From: Escherichia phage Phi1
Length of the DNA stretch: 64,000 nt
Sequence record: EF437941
Direction: 5' to 3' (one strand)
In this document: in pieces, positions 17,787 through 25,637 of the stretch
Position numbering within the stretch: position 1 is the first letter of the stretch
Layout of the letters: every line of letters starts with the position of its first letter
Notes under the pieces: generated by a model
The model's database searches: none
What the model saw: only the letters and a program-made list of their open reading frames with translations
What the model was told of the DNA's origin: nothing
Made by a program: the position numbers and the translations under genes

Positions 17787-18195
17787 TATTAATAATCTCT
17801 TCTACACATTCCCACTCAAGGCCACCGATACCGCAACCGATTTTAGGAATATAGAAAGGCTGTATAGCACCTTCAAAAACATCATTGAGAGACTCAAATC
17901 CTTTCAGGATAGCACCATATTCAGCATTTGGACCCGGTCGGAATTGGGTATAGAGATTCACCCCGCACCAGTTATAACCATTAACTTGATGCGTCCAGAT
18001 ACTAAACCCACCCAACTTTTCTACCTTACCGCGAGAAGTTTGCTTGTCAATCTCTAACGCTTGCGGGAACTCTTTCGCGATCTTTGCAGCAATACCAGCG
18101 CCCATAGTATGAAAACAATTACAACCATGAATTAAATGACCGTTTCCTTGTTTAAACAGGGCGATGAGATCGCCCTTTACAGTATCAATAATCAT
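17740..18195 (-). CDS. macro domain protein (ADP-ribose binding / hydrolase fold)
   Basis: GDLIALFKQG...HGCNC....GAGIA signature typical of macro domains. Confidence 0.75.
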   Translation of the reverse strand: MIIDTVKGDLIALFKQGNGHLIHGCNCFHTMGAGIAAKIAKEFPQALEIDKQTSRGKVEKLGGFSIWTHQVNGYNWCGVNLYTQFRPGPNAEYGAILKGFESLNDVFEGAIQPFYIPKIGCGIGGLEWECVEEIINIATPDINIVVVEYDK

Positions 18196-18210
18196 AATAT
18201 AAACCTCTCA

Positions 18211-18570
18211 TTAGTCACGGGAAGACAACCCAGCCATAAAACGGCTTAACAGTGTGTCGCGATAAGCAAAGCATAATTGCTTATCAGGGGCAGTATCACA
18301 CAGGTTGCGTTTTGTTTTAGCAAAGCTGGCAATACTCAGATCCCATGCTCGATTTTTTCGTTTTTCGTCTCGACCTTGTTTGTATGCTTCATCAAGTTCG
18401 AGCGCGATAAAATCACTACACATGTTATCATCATCACAGAAAGTTTTAATTATCTTTTTGTTGATCTCAAATCCTTTGTATTCGAACTTTGGATAAGGGC
18501 GCTCATTACTAGCAAGCGCACCAGCCGAGAACATCATAGCAATCATAGCAATTATTGTCAACTTTTTCAT
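18211..18570 (-). CDS. secreted/periplasmic hypothetical protein
   Basis: N-terminal signal peptide (MKKLTIIAMIAMMFSAGALA); 4 Cys. Confidence 0.5.
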   Translation of the reverse strand: MKKLTIIAMIAMMFSAGALASNERPYPKFEYKGFEINKKIIKTFCDDDNMCSDFIALELDEAYKQGRDEKRKNRAWDLSIASFAKTKRNLCDTAPDKQLCFAYRDTLLSRFMAGLSSRD

Positions 18571-18577
18571 ATATTCC

Positions 18578-19168
18578 TCAATAGCGTTTAGTCTTAAGAA
18601 TGCCTTTACTCTTTAGATGGTTAGCCTTTTTTAGTACGTCATCAGCATAACCTAATCCGGCTTTATAGTTCCATCCAGCATTGTAAGAAGCTAGCGCGAG
18701 TCGGATATTACCGTTTCGAATATCCAGCCAGTATGCTAACTCATCCATCGCGTAGAATGCAGAAACCTCGCGATTCATGATAAAGTTGATAGTCTGGCGA
18801 TCACTCATTTTAACACCACGCTTTGCATTTTTCGCTTTCACCGTTTTAAGGTAATTTTGAAATAATCCATAAGCATGATGATTTTTCTTTGGTGCTAAGT
18901 TTGCACCCGCGCTTGATTCTTGCCATGCGATACCCGCTAGGATGTGGCCTAAACCCTTTCCGTTATAGCGAATATTCGGATGGTACTTTTTCAACTTACC
19001 GCTTTTCTCGAATTGCTCGCCGTATTGATAGGCGAAATGTAAATTATCTAGTTGGTGTGCTGTAAAGTTGTCTATCGGCGCTTTTTTGATCGGTGCGCTA
19101 GTCGATGCGTGTGTAGCACCAACGGCTAGTGACAGACTCAATACTATCGCTTTTAGAACTTTTAACAT
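18578..19168 (-). CDS. lytic transglycosylase-like (SLT domain) protein with signal peptide
   Basis: Signal peptide then AGIAWQESS...YGLFQ, resembling the SLT catalytic Glu-Ser and GLMQ motifs. Confidence 0.6.
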   Translation of the reverse strand: MLKVLKAIVLSLSLAVGATHASTSAPIKKAPIDNFTAHQLDNLHFAYQYGEQFEKSGKLKKYHPNIRYNGKGLGHILAGIAWQESSAGANLAPKKNHHAYGLFQNYLKTVKAKNAKRGVKMSDRQTINFIMNREVSAFYAMDELAYWLDIRNGNIRLALASYNAGWNYKAGLGYADDVLKKANHLKSKGILKTKRY

Positions 19169-19254
19169 TAATTTCTCCTGTTTGGCTTAACTTTCTGATT
19201 CCATAATATAGCCCTATCACCAGAAAGTCAAGCATTATTTTTAACCAATTTCCA

Positions 19255-19719
19255 TTATTGGTCTACCTTCAAAACAACCGCCGACATTTTACCCGCCAGT
19301 CGTTTTGGATTCTCTATAATCATTCGGCAGCATAGACCGTGATATGGCTTACCCTCTTCGATTAGATCTACTGTCATCCCGATCCACATGTTACCGTCAG
19401 TAATTTCTAATCGATTAGGTCGGTCTTCCATTTTCAGGAAGTCGAAGATCTCCGGCAAACGAGTTTCTATCTTATTGAATAGTTCCATTGTCTTATGTTC
19501 ATCAATATGACGATCGGTTAGACGGTCGATCATATGCGGACTAAAGCGAATGAAAATATACTCACCATAACCATCATTCAAGCACTTTTCTTTGATCTTC
19601 GCATTGGTTTTGCGCATTTCGGTTTCGAAGAATCTACGCAGCTTACTACGGCGAACATGTACGTTAATTGTTTCCATTTTATTATCCTTTCTTAAACAAA
19701 TTGCGAATCCAGTATACAA
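19255..19719 (-). CDS. hypothetical protein
   Basis: Tiled ORF; true start may be the internal ATG (METINVH). Confidence 0.45.
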   Translation of the reverse strand: MYTGFAICLRKDNKMETINVHVRRSKLRRFFETEMRKTNAKIKEKCLNDGYGEYIFIRFSPHMIDRLTDRHIDEHKTMELFNKIETRLPEIFDFLKMEDRPNRLEITDGNMWIGMTVDLIEEGKPYHGLCCRMIIENPKRLAGKMSAVVLKVDQ

Positions 19720-20017
19720 ACGGGATTTCTTTAAACTTGAATTTCTCTATAGTTAATTCTTTAGTAGCAAGATGAATACCATAAGCATCATGTGTCACGA
19801 TATGCCATTTTCTATAGTCCAAATGTGAACAACCGTCTGGATCTAGGTTAATAAGAGTTTCTCGCTCACTAGGATTATTTTTCCACAATTTTGTAATAGG
19901 ATCGCACATAATTCGACCTAGCGTACCATGAATAATCTCACAACGGTAAAGTTTTCCAGCAGTGAGATAGGCGCACCCGTCATAGTCGGTATAAACAAAC
20001 ACTTCTTTAACACTCAT
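19682..20017 (-). CDS. hypothetical protein (paralog family C)
   Basis: GCSHL...W motif shared with 20075..20335 and 20317..20511; start after AAGGAGTATTAAA behind promoter ~20046-20074. Confidence 0.5.
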   Translation of the reverse strand: MSVKEVFVYTDYDGCAYLTAGKLYRCEIIHGTLGRIMCDPITKLWKNNPSERETLINLDPDGCSHLDYRKWHIVTHDAYGIHLATKELTIEKFKFKEIPFVYWIRNLFKKG

Positions 20018-20045
20018 TTTAATACTCCTTTGTTTCGATGGGGGT

Positions 20046-20074
20046 ATATTACTACCCCCGTTTTGTTGTGTCAA
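20046..20074 (-). promoter_or_regulatory. early promoter with stem-loop (PeSL-like)
   Basis: TTGACA-N17-TAATAT; inverted repeat GGGGGTAGTAAT/ATACCCCC. Confidence 0.55.
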
Positions 20075-20335
20075 CTACTTTTTCAAGATTTTTTTAATTG
20101 CGTTCCAAAGACCTTTATTCTCAGGTTGTTTTGGTTCTTCGATCAGTGTCCAGGTTCGACCGTCTAAGTGTGCACAATTTTTAAGACAAATAAAAATCTG
20201 GTGTCCCTTATCATCACGGATATAACCACTATTCGCAAATCTTTCATGTGGTGTATATTCATACAGTGTATTTGGTGTAATATACTTGCGGTTACTATAA
20301 GGTGTCATCACATACATCATGGTACTAACTCCCAT
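20075..20335 (-). CDS. hypothetical protein (paralog family C)
   Basis: Shares the C(A/S)HL-D-x-(R/K)-x-W motif. Confidence 0.5.
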   Translation of the reverse strand: MGVSTMMYVMTPYSNRKYITPNTLYEYTPHERFANSGYIRDDKGHQIFICLKNCAHLDGRTWTLIEEPKQPENKGLWNAIKKILKK

Positions 20336-20511
20336 TTATCACCGCGAAGATGAGAACATCCACCATCAAGAAGGATCGTAATACGAAACCCCGCATCATC
20401 TTCAATATACCCGATAGTCGGTGGATATTCGTCGTCTCGTGCCGGGGTAAAATCATACATCTTTCCCGGTGTGATATCAGTGCCTTTATTGCTATTGGTA
20501 TAAACTTGCAT
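20317..20511 (-). CDS. hypothetical protein (paralog family C)
   Basis: Shares the GCSHL motif. Confidence 0.5.
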   Translation of the reverse strand: MQVYTNSNKGTDITPGKMYDFTPARDDEYPPTIGYIEDDAGFRITILLDGGCSHLRGDKWELVP

Positions 20512-20532
20512 TTTCTTAATCTCCTATATTAA

Positions 20533-21231
20533 CTAACCACGGGTATAGTGTTCCAGAACAACTGTCAGATGAATATATTCTAATAGATCTTTCCAAAAGT
20601 CAACATCTGGTTCTTCCGGCATACCGTTTTTCTTTGCCTCTTCACGAGCGAGTTTAACACGCTCGTAGAGATCTTTCAATTCTTCCCGCACATTATCAAA
20701 GGTTCTTTCTCCTAACTTACACGCTAAAATAGAAGAACGTCGCGCGAGCGGGAATTGTAGATCACCTGTCTGATAGATTTCAAGTAGCTGATAACCAACA
20801 CGCAGAGCATGAGAAAGATCTTTCCAGTTACTGAAATACTTTTCAGATTTGGCTACCTGTTTCTTGAGATAACCAGACAAACCCCACATCCCAACATGAT
20901 AGAATTTATCGCGATGTGTTCGGATGTATTCCCATTCTCTGGAGGATTCGATCAACATGTTACTAGGAGCGTGCACCATGTCAATAGCGCCGATATCACC
21001 TTTACATGCCAGATTGATAAACCGTTTTAGACTGAACATATTAACGTCAATATCGTCTTTGGTGTTCTTGATACCTTGACCGCTAGTGCTTTGGTCATAG
21101 TGTTCTTTCATCGATCCTAAGATAATTTCTTTCGCAGTCGGAACAAAGATACCACGATAATCTTTATCGGAATTTTCAGTATCAAGGCCGTATAAGTGAG
21201 ATCCGAAGACCATTTTAACCATTGTATGCAT
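20533..21231 (-). CDS. Pol-beta superfamily nucleotidyltransferase-like protein
   Basis: N-terminal GSHLYGLDTENSDKDYRGIF matches the hG[GS]x(9-13)[DE]h[DE]h nucleotidyltransferase signature. Confidence 0.6.
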   Translation of the reverse strand: MHTMVKMVFGSHLYGLDTENSDKDYRGIFVPTAKEIILGSMKEHYDQSTSGQGIKNTKDDIDVNMFSLKRFINLACKGDIGAIDMVHAPSNMLIESSREWEYIRTHRDKFYHVGMWGLSGYLKKQVAKSEKYFSNWKDLSHALRVGYQLLEIYQTGDLQFPLARRSSILACKLGERTFDNVREELKDLYERVKLAREEAKKNGMPEEPDVDFWKDLLEYIHLTVVLEHYTRG

Positions 21232-21273
21232 AATTAAACCCTCAGTTGATTAAGAGATTGCATCATATCATCA

Positions 21274-21308
21274 TAAAACGAAAAAGCCAACCCTTTTCGG
21301 ATTGGCTT
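21274..21308 (-). terminator. intrinsic terminator after the GrcA-like gene
   Basis: Hairpin AAGCCAATCCGAAAAGGGTTGGCTT plus TTTTTCGTTTT on the minus strand. Confidence 0.7.
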
Positions 21309-21317
21309 GATGAAAAA

Positions 21318-21734
21318 TTAGAGAGATTCGGTAAAGGTACGCGCGATAACGTCACGCTGCTGGTCTGGAGTCAGACTATTGAAGCGCACCGCGTAACCAG
21401 AAACGCGAATTGTAAGCTGCGGGTACTTCTCAGGATGTTCAACAGCGTCCAGCAACATTTCTCGTAACAATACGTTAACATTCAAATGCTGACCACCTTC
21501 GACAACCGGAGCACCATTATCTACAATGACAGGGCGGAAGCTAGTTGTGTGCAGTGCCAGCGAATCGACGTCTTCTGCGGTGATCACATGATCTTCTGCG
21601 AAAGTTTTACTAACAATTACTTTAGCGCCGATCAGTGCTTTCGGTTCGGATACCAGAATCATAGGCGCGAAGTGTCCACCAATAATAGTACCTTTATGCT
21701 CACCTTTCATGATTTGAATTGCTTTAAATTCCAT
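21318..21734 (-). CDS. autonomous glycyl radical cofactor (GrcA/YfiD-like)
   Basis: C-terminal [13 protein letters not shown] glycyl-radical motif; C-terminal ~60 aa closely resemble E. coli GrcA as recalled. Confidence 0.85.
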   Translation of the reverse strand: MEFKAIQIMKGEHKGTIIGGHFAPMILVSEPKALIGAKVIVSKTFAEDHVITAEDVDSLALHTTSFRPVIVDNGAPVVEGGQHLNVNVLLREMLLDAVEHPEKYPQLTIRVSGYAVRFNSLTPDQQRDVIARTFTESL

Positions 21735-21744
21735 AATTCACCTC

Positions 21745-21870
21745 TTATAGATCAGGACGTTCGTCATTAACTTTTCCAACCAAAACACCATAGAGTTTAT
21801 CAGGTTGGACTTTACGATTCTTTTTAATTGTAGCACGAAATCGACGAGCTACGCTATCTTTATTTTTCAT
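21745..21870 (-). CDS. small basic hypothetical protein (~41 aa, below ORF-track cutoff)
   Basis: ATG overlaps the upstream stop (TAATG); ends just before the GrcA RBS. Confidence 0.35.
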   Translation of the reverse strand: MKNKDSVARRFRATIKKNRKVQPDKLYGVLVGKVNDERPDL

Positions 21871-22355
21871 TAGTTGATACCTAAGCCAATGAAAATAGGT
21901 TGGTCTTCTACATTACCCATCCCAACACTAAGTCGATTTACTTCTAAAAACTGCAATACGCTGTCAGTAAATCCGCGCATGGTAGTATCTAGGATAAAAA
22001 TTGTTTTGTCAAGACTACGACCTCGCCATGTGATCGGATTCAGGAAAGTTCGGATCGACGTACAATCTACATTTGAAATATTTACATTTTCACCGCGACC
22101 GCGATCTCGGATCGTTTTGACATGTTCCCGCGTTGTTGAAACGATAAAGACACTATAGCCTTTTCGCGTATAATGATCATATAACTTGATTGTAGCGTCT
22201 GTATGCCCTGTTTGACGGCCTAAATTGATTGAGACGATGGAATCTAGGTCATCAGCAAAATTGCGTCGCTTACGGCGTTCTATGATGCCATTTACGGCAG
22301 ATACACACGCAGCATAAATCAAATCTTTACTTTCTAATTTTACATCAATATTCAT
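21870..22355 (-). CDS. hypothetical protein
   Basis: Tiled ORF; GGAG RBS just downstream of a GC hairpin. Confidence 0.5.
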   Translation of the reverse strand: MNIDVKLESKDLIYAACVSAVNGIIERRKRRNFADDLDSIVSINLGRQTGHTDATIKLYDHYTRKGYSVFIVSTTREHVKTIRDRGRGENVNISNVDCTSIRTFLNPITWRGRSLDKTIFILDTTMRGFTDSVLQFLEVNRLSVGMGNVEDQPIFIGLGIN

Positions 22356-22417
22356 GGTAAAGTCTCCAGTGAACGGGGAGAGATCCTTAGATGGTCTCCC
22401 CGTTGATGGTTAATATT

Positions 22418-22807
22418 TTATTTTTGGTCTGGGTATTTGCTGTGTGGTAATTGTAGATGAGGACCATCTTTAAACGATACCCAATCCCCACCCCATTCAA
22501 CAGGAACACCCAATTCTCGACCAGCTTGTTTAAATGCATCAGCGATCATGCGGTAATATTTCATATTCCATGTATCTTTATCTTTCGGATACGCTACAAC
22601 GTCAACCGCGAAACCGTGAAGATGACGAGATTTCATAGTCTTAGATTTACCTTCCGCAACATATTTCTTTTGCGTTGCGAGACTACGCACACCTTCCGTA
22701 ATACCAAAATCGACCGGAGTCAGTTCTAACGCACGATGAACGACTTTTACCAGGTCTGGATGTACACCAACAAGCCGATCTTTGCTTCTTTGAGATAATT
22801 TAAACAT
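22418..22807 (-). CDS. endolysin, L-alanyl-D-glutamate peptidase (peptidase M15 family)
   Basis: SRHLHGFAVDV and WGGDWVSFKDGPHLQL motifs typical of Zn-dependent M15 phage endolysins. Confidence 0.8.
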   Translation of the reverse strand: MFKLSQRSKDRLVGVHPDLVKVVHRALELTPVDFGITEGVRSLATQKKYVAEGKSKTMKSRHLHGFAVDVVAYPKDKDTWNMKYYRMIADAFKQAGRELGVPVEWGGDWVSFKDGPHLQLPHSKYPDQK

Positions 22808-22835
22808 TATTCACCCCCTTTGTGAGTGATAATAT

Positions 22836-23027
22836 TTAGATTCCGGCGATCCTGCATAGAGTTCTTGTATTAGCACCAATAAGGATAGCATTAACGACAA
22901 CCATTCCCCAATCAACCCACGGATTATTATAAATGTTAAATCCGTTTGTTAGGCCAAATACAAGCATTCCAGTACACATACTCAGAGCAACAATCAACAT
23001 CACGGTAAAACCAAATGCAAATCTCAT
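22836..23027 (-). CDS. small membrane protein
   Basis: 63 aa, two hydrophobic helices; member of a tandem array. Confidence 0.45.
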   Translation of the reverse strand: MRFAFGFTVMLIVALSMCTGMLVFGLTNGFNIYNNPWVDWGMVVVNAILIGANTRTLCRIAGI

Positions 23028-23028
23028 A

Positions 23029-23295
23029 TCATTTTCCTTTTCTCTGTTTACGTTTATAAAAGTAATACATTACATCATCACGTCCGGTGATCCAACATGC
23101 TAGGGCAGTAAACAGGTTTACAATTCCCAACACACCTACTGACGCGGCGCTGTCAACAGACATAGGAACAGTAAAGGCCATAGCTAACATAGCAACGCCA
23201 CAAATGACATTAAGCACCATTATAATAAGACCGAAGAAAACCATTGTCAATCCTCCCAAATAAGAAAACCAACAATCACGCCAGTGATAAGACAT
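23029..23295 (-). CDS. small membrane protein
   Basis: 88 aa, hydrophobic helices, basic C-terminus. Confidence 0.45.
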   Translation of the reverse strand: MSYHWRDCWFSYLGGLTMVFFGLIIMVLNVICGVAMLAMAFTVPMSVDSAASVGVLGIVNLFTALACWITGRDDVMYYFYKRKQRKGK

Positions 23296-23438
23296 GATGC
23301 GCCGCTAATAAGACAACCCGCGCCAAGTGATTCCCACCAGATCAGAGAAGCGACAATAACGCAAAATCCCCAGACTACCGCAATCACAACATAGGCAATG
23401 GTCGCCCAAAACATATATTTGTTCATAATAAACCCCAT
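23247..23438 (-). CDS. small membrane protein
   Basis: 63 aa, hydrophobic. Confidence 0.4.
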   Translation of the reverse strand: MGFIMNKYMFWATIAYVVIAVVWGFCVIVASLIWWESLGAGCLISGASCLITGVIVGFLIWED

Positions 23439-23611
23439 TCACCAAACAAATAAGAAAAAAGCCATATCAACAGAAACGAGGCAATTGATCCGGCAAGCAA
23501 AATGATATTAGAGAATCCGCCGTCTATCCAGGCGACAAAACAGAATACGCCAGTATAGAAGCATAAACCCATTACAAAGCATACTATAAGCAACCATAGA
23601 CAAAACGCCAT
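23423..23611 (-). CDS. small membrane protein
   Basis: 62 aa, hydrophobic. Confidence 0.4.
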   Translation of the reverse strand: MAFCLWLLIVCFVMGLCFYTGVFCFVAWIDGGFSNIILLAGSIASFLLIWLFSYLFGEWGLL

Positions 23612-23669
23612 AGAAAGCCCTCCATCGAGATAAATTAGTGCGGGTAGGGGACTGCACTACCCGCTTTGT

Positions 23670-23830
23670 TAATCAACGCAGAGCTTGTTCTAGCGCGATC
23701 CCAAACCATCCACAAACAACGCCCATACAGACAGCTACAAGAAGATTCATTCTCTCTTTAGGGATCATTGCAATCATAACAACAACCATACAGAAAGCCA
23801 TTACCATTGAAGTTAACATTTGTTCAACCA
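23670..23830 (-). CDS. small membrane protein (~52 aa, below ORF-track cutoff)
   Basis: Met-rich hydrophobic minus-strand ORF filling the gap; coordinates approximate. Confidence 0.3.
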
Positions 23831-23833
23831 TTA

Positions 23834-24166
23834 TCACACCTTTAAAGTCATAGACGCATAAACATTAATGCCAGGCCAGTTAGGATCGCAATTATACTCA
23901 ACATCCCACAAATAAAGCGGTTTAGATGTATCAGCCAAGTTTTTAAAATCTTCTACCCACATTTCAATGCTATATGATGGATAAACTAGGCTGTCATATC
24001 CTCCGTAACGTTGGCCTACTGGTCGGTCAGTAAAAACTACCTCAAGATCCGGTAATTCTTTTTCAAGGATAACCGCCAGCGCATAAATCAGACGGTCTTC
24101 CTTGTTACGCTGCCGAAGGACCGTTGTCAGTTGGTTTTTCTGGTTCACTAGCAAGCACCTCCACAT
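23834..24166 (-). CDS. hypothetical protein
   Basis: Tiled ORF; start uncertain. Confidence 0.4.
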   Translation of the reverse strand: MWRCLLVNQKNQLTTVLRQRNKEDRLIYALAVILEKELPDLEVVFTDRPVGQRYGGYDSLVYPSYSIEMWVEDFKNLADTSKPLYLWDVEYNCDPNWPGINVYASMTLKV

Positions 24167-24425
24167 TTTCACAGAATGAAATTTTCACAGACACAATTTT
24201 ACCATAAGTGAAGAATGAATATACATTATCGATATATTCAACGTCACCTACAATCACATCAAACTGCGGATCAGCAACCGCCGCAACATATTCTACCAGT
24301 TCATCAAGAGAATGCAACTTAATTTCATCAATTCGGCTGTATTTGGTTGCATCTTTGATTTTAAAACCACGTTCTTTCAGCTTATCAATTAGAATTTCAC
24401 GCGGAGTTTCAAACAGTTTGCTCAT
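24105..24425 (-). CDS. hypothetical protein
   Basis: Tiled ORF with RBS. Confidence 0.45.
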   Translation of the reverse strand: MSKLFETPREILIDKLKERGFKIKDATKYSRIDEIKLHSLDELVEYVAAVADPQFDVIVGDVEYIDNVYSFFTYGKIVSVKISFCENVEVLASEPEKPTDNGPSAA

Positions 24426-24446
24426 AATATAATCCTCACATTAAAT

Positions 24447-24647
24447 CTAAAATTTGTTAACGACGAATTGCATAATTAGACTAATCACAAACATTGCAAA
24501 CCAAGTATAAATGCAACAGATAAAAGCTACATACAATTCAATCTGGTCAGAGAATACACCGGGTAAAAGCATTAGCAAAATAACAACAGTAAAGACGCTA
24601 GCGATACCCGCAACAAAACCAATATCATTTTTACTAATCGTCATCAA
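24447..24647 (-). CDS. small membrane protein
   Basis: 66 aa, two TM helices. Confidence 0.45.
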   Translation of the reverse strand: MMTISKNDIGFVAGIASVFTVVILLMLLPGVFSDQIELYVAFICCIYTWFAMFVISLIMQFVVNKF

Positions 24648-24853
24648 GTCACCGTTTTGTAAAGAAACACAATAAAATCCAAGACAAGAAAGACAGTGTA
24701 AATGATCATCGTCAAGACAGTAAACACTGTCAAATTTTCATCGTTAGTTAATTCATAGTCGCCCATCCATACAATCACAAGATATAGCATTGAAAGAATG
24801 GAAGCACCTACGAAGTTAAAAAACATATTCTTGAGCGTCATATTAACAACCAT
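24644..24853 (-). CDS. small membrane protein
   Basis: 69 aa, two TM helices; ATGA overlap. Confidence 0.45.
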   Translation of the reverse strand: MVVNMTLKNMFFNFVGASILSMLYLVIVWMGDYELTNDENLTVFTVLTMIIYTVFLVLDFIVFLYKTVT

Positions 24854-25025
24854 CGCGGCTTAAGTCAACAGCAATTGCATACAGCATAATGAATATGCTA
24901 GCAGATCCAAGAATCAATACACCCTCACATTTTGAAACTCGCTCATCAAAATGTAACATTATCCATCCGAGGATGTTAAAGGCGCAGACCGCGCCTATGT
25001 TCGCTAACCAATTAATCTTTTTCAT
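24843..25025 (-). CDS. small membrane protein
   Basis: 60 aa, two TM helices. Confidence 0.4.
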   Translation of the reverse strand: MKKINWLANIGAVCAFNILGWIMLHFDERVSKCEGVLILGSASIFIMLYAIAVDLSRDGC

Positions 25026-25033
25026 AATATACC

Positions 25034-25360
25034 TTAGAAAGAAACAGTTTTCAAGAAATCCAGATTTTCAGTACCGAAAACAGAAAAGTAGTGTTTTCCT
25101 TTTTCGGTTTTAGAGAAAGCGATTGTCTTCTCTACATGGTGACGGAAGCCAGACAGACGATCACCCAGGTCAAGGCGGCAAGCGTAAGTAGTGCCGTTTT
25201 CGAAAGTAACCTCGATTTGAGTTTTGTCATATTCGCTTTCATAGGCTTTTGCTGCCGCGTCCTGTGCTTTACGCTCGAAGTCTTCGAAGTGGAATACTTC
25301 GTTTGCGTTAGCGAATACAGAAGATTCAGAGAAGATAACTTTAACAGATACTGGTTTCAT
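25034..25360 (-). CDS. hypothetical protein
   Basis: ORF behind stem-loop promoter ~25403-25431 and AAGGAGTATCAAA-ATG. Confidence 0.55.
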   Translation of the reverse strand: MKPVSVKVIFSESSVFANANEVFHFEDFERKAQDAAAKAYESEYDKTQIEVTFENGTTYACRLDLGDRLSGFRHHVEKTIAFSKTEKGKHYFSVFGTENLDFLKTVSF

Positions 25361-25402
25361 TTTGATACTCCTTAGTAGTTCGTGTTTCGTTTCGATGGGT
25401 GT

Positions 25403-25431
25403 ATTATGCTATACACCCTCTTGTGTGTCAA
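25403..25431 (-). promoter_or_regulatory. early promoter with stem-loop (PeSL-like)
   Basis: TTGACA-N17-CATAAT; inverted repeat GGGTGTAT/ATACACCC around the -10. Confidence 0.55.
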
Positions 25432-25439
25432 CAACTTTT

Positions 25440-25628
25440 TTAGTCTTTTTTCATAATTTCTAGAGCAGTTTCTACAGCACCTTTCCAACCCTCCCACATA
25501 ATGGACATAGTAATGAAGTTAAAGCACCCGCAGGAATCAACCTTTTTAGAGATAAACCATTCAACAAATCCTTCGCTCATACCATGCTCTTTAGCGGATT
25601 CGCGTAATTGTTCAATTTGGTCTTCCAT
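25440..25628 (-). CDS. hypothetical protein
   Basis: Tiled ORF. Confidence 0.45.
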   Translation of the reverse strand: MEDQIEQLRESAKEHGMSEGFVEWFISKKVDSCGCFNFITMSIMWEGWKGAVETALEIMKKD

Positions 25629-25637
25629 AGTATCACC

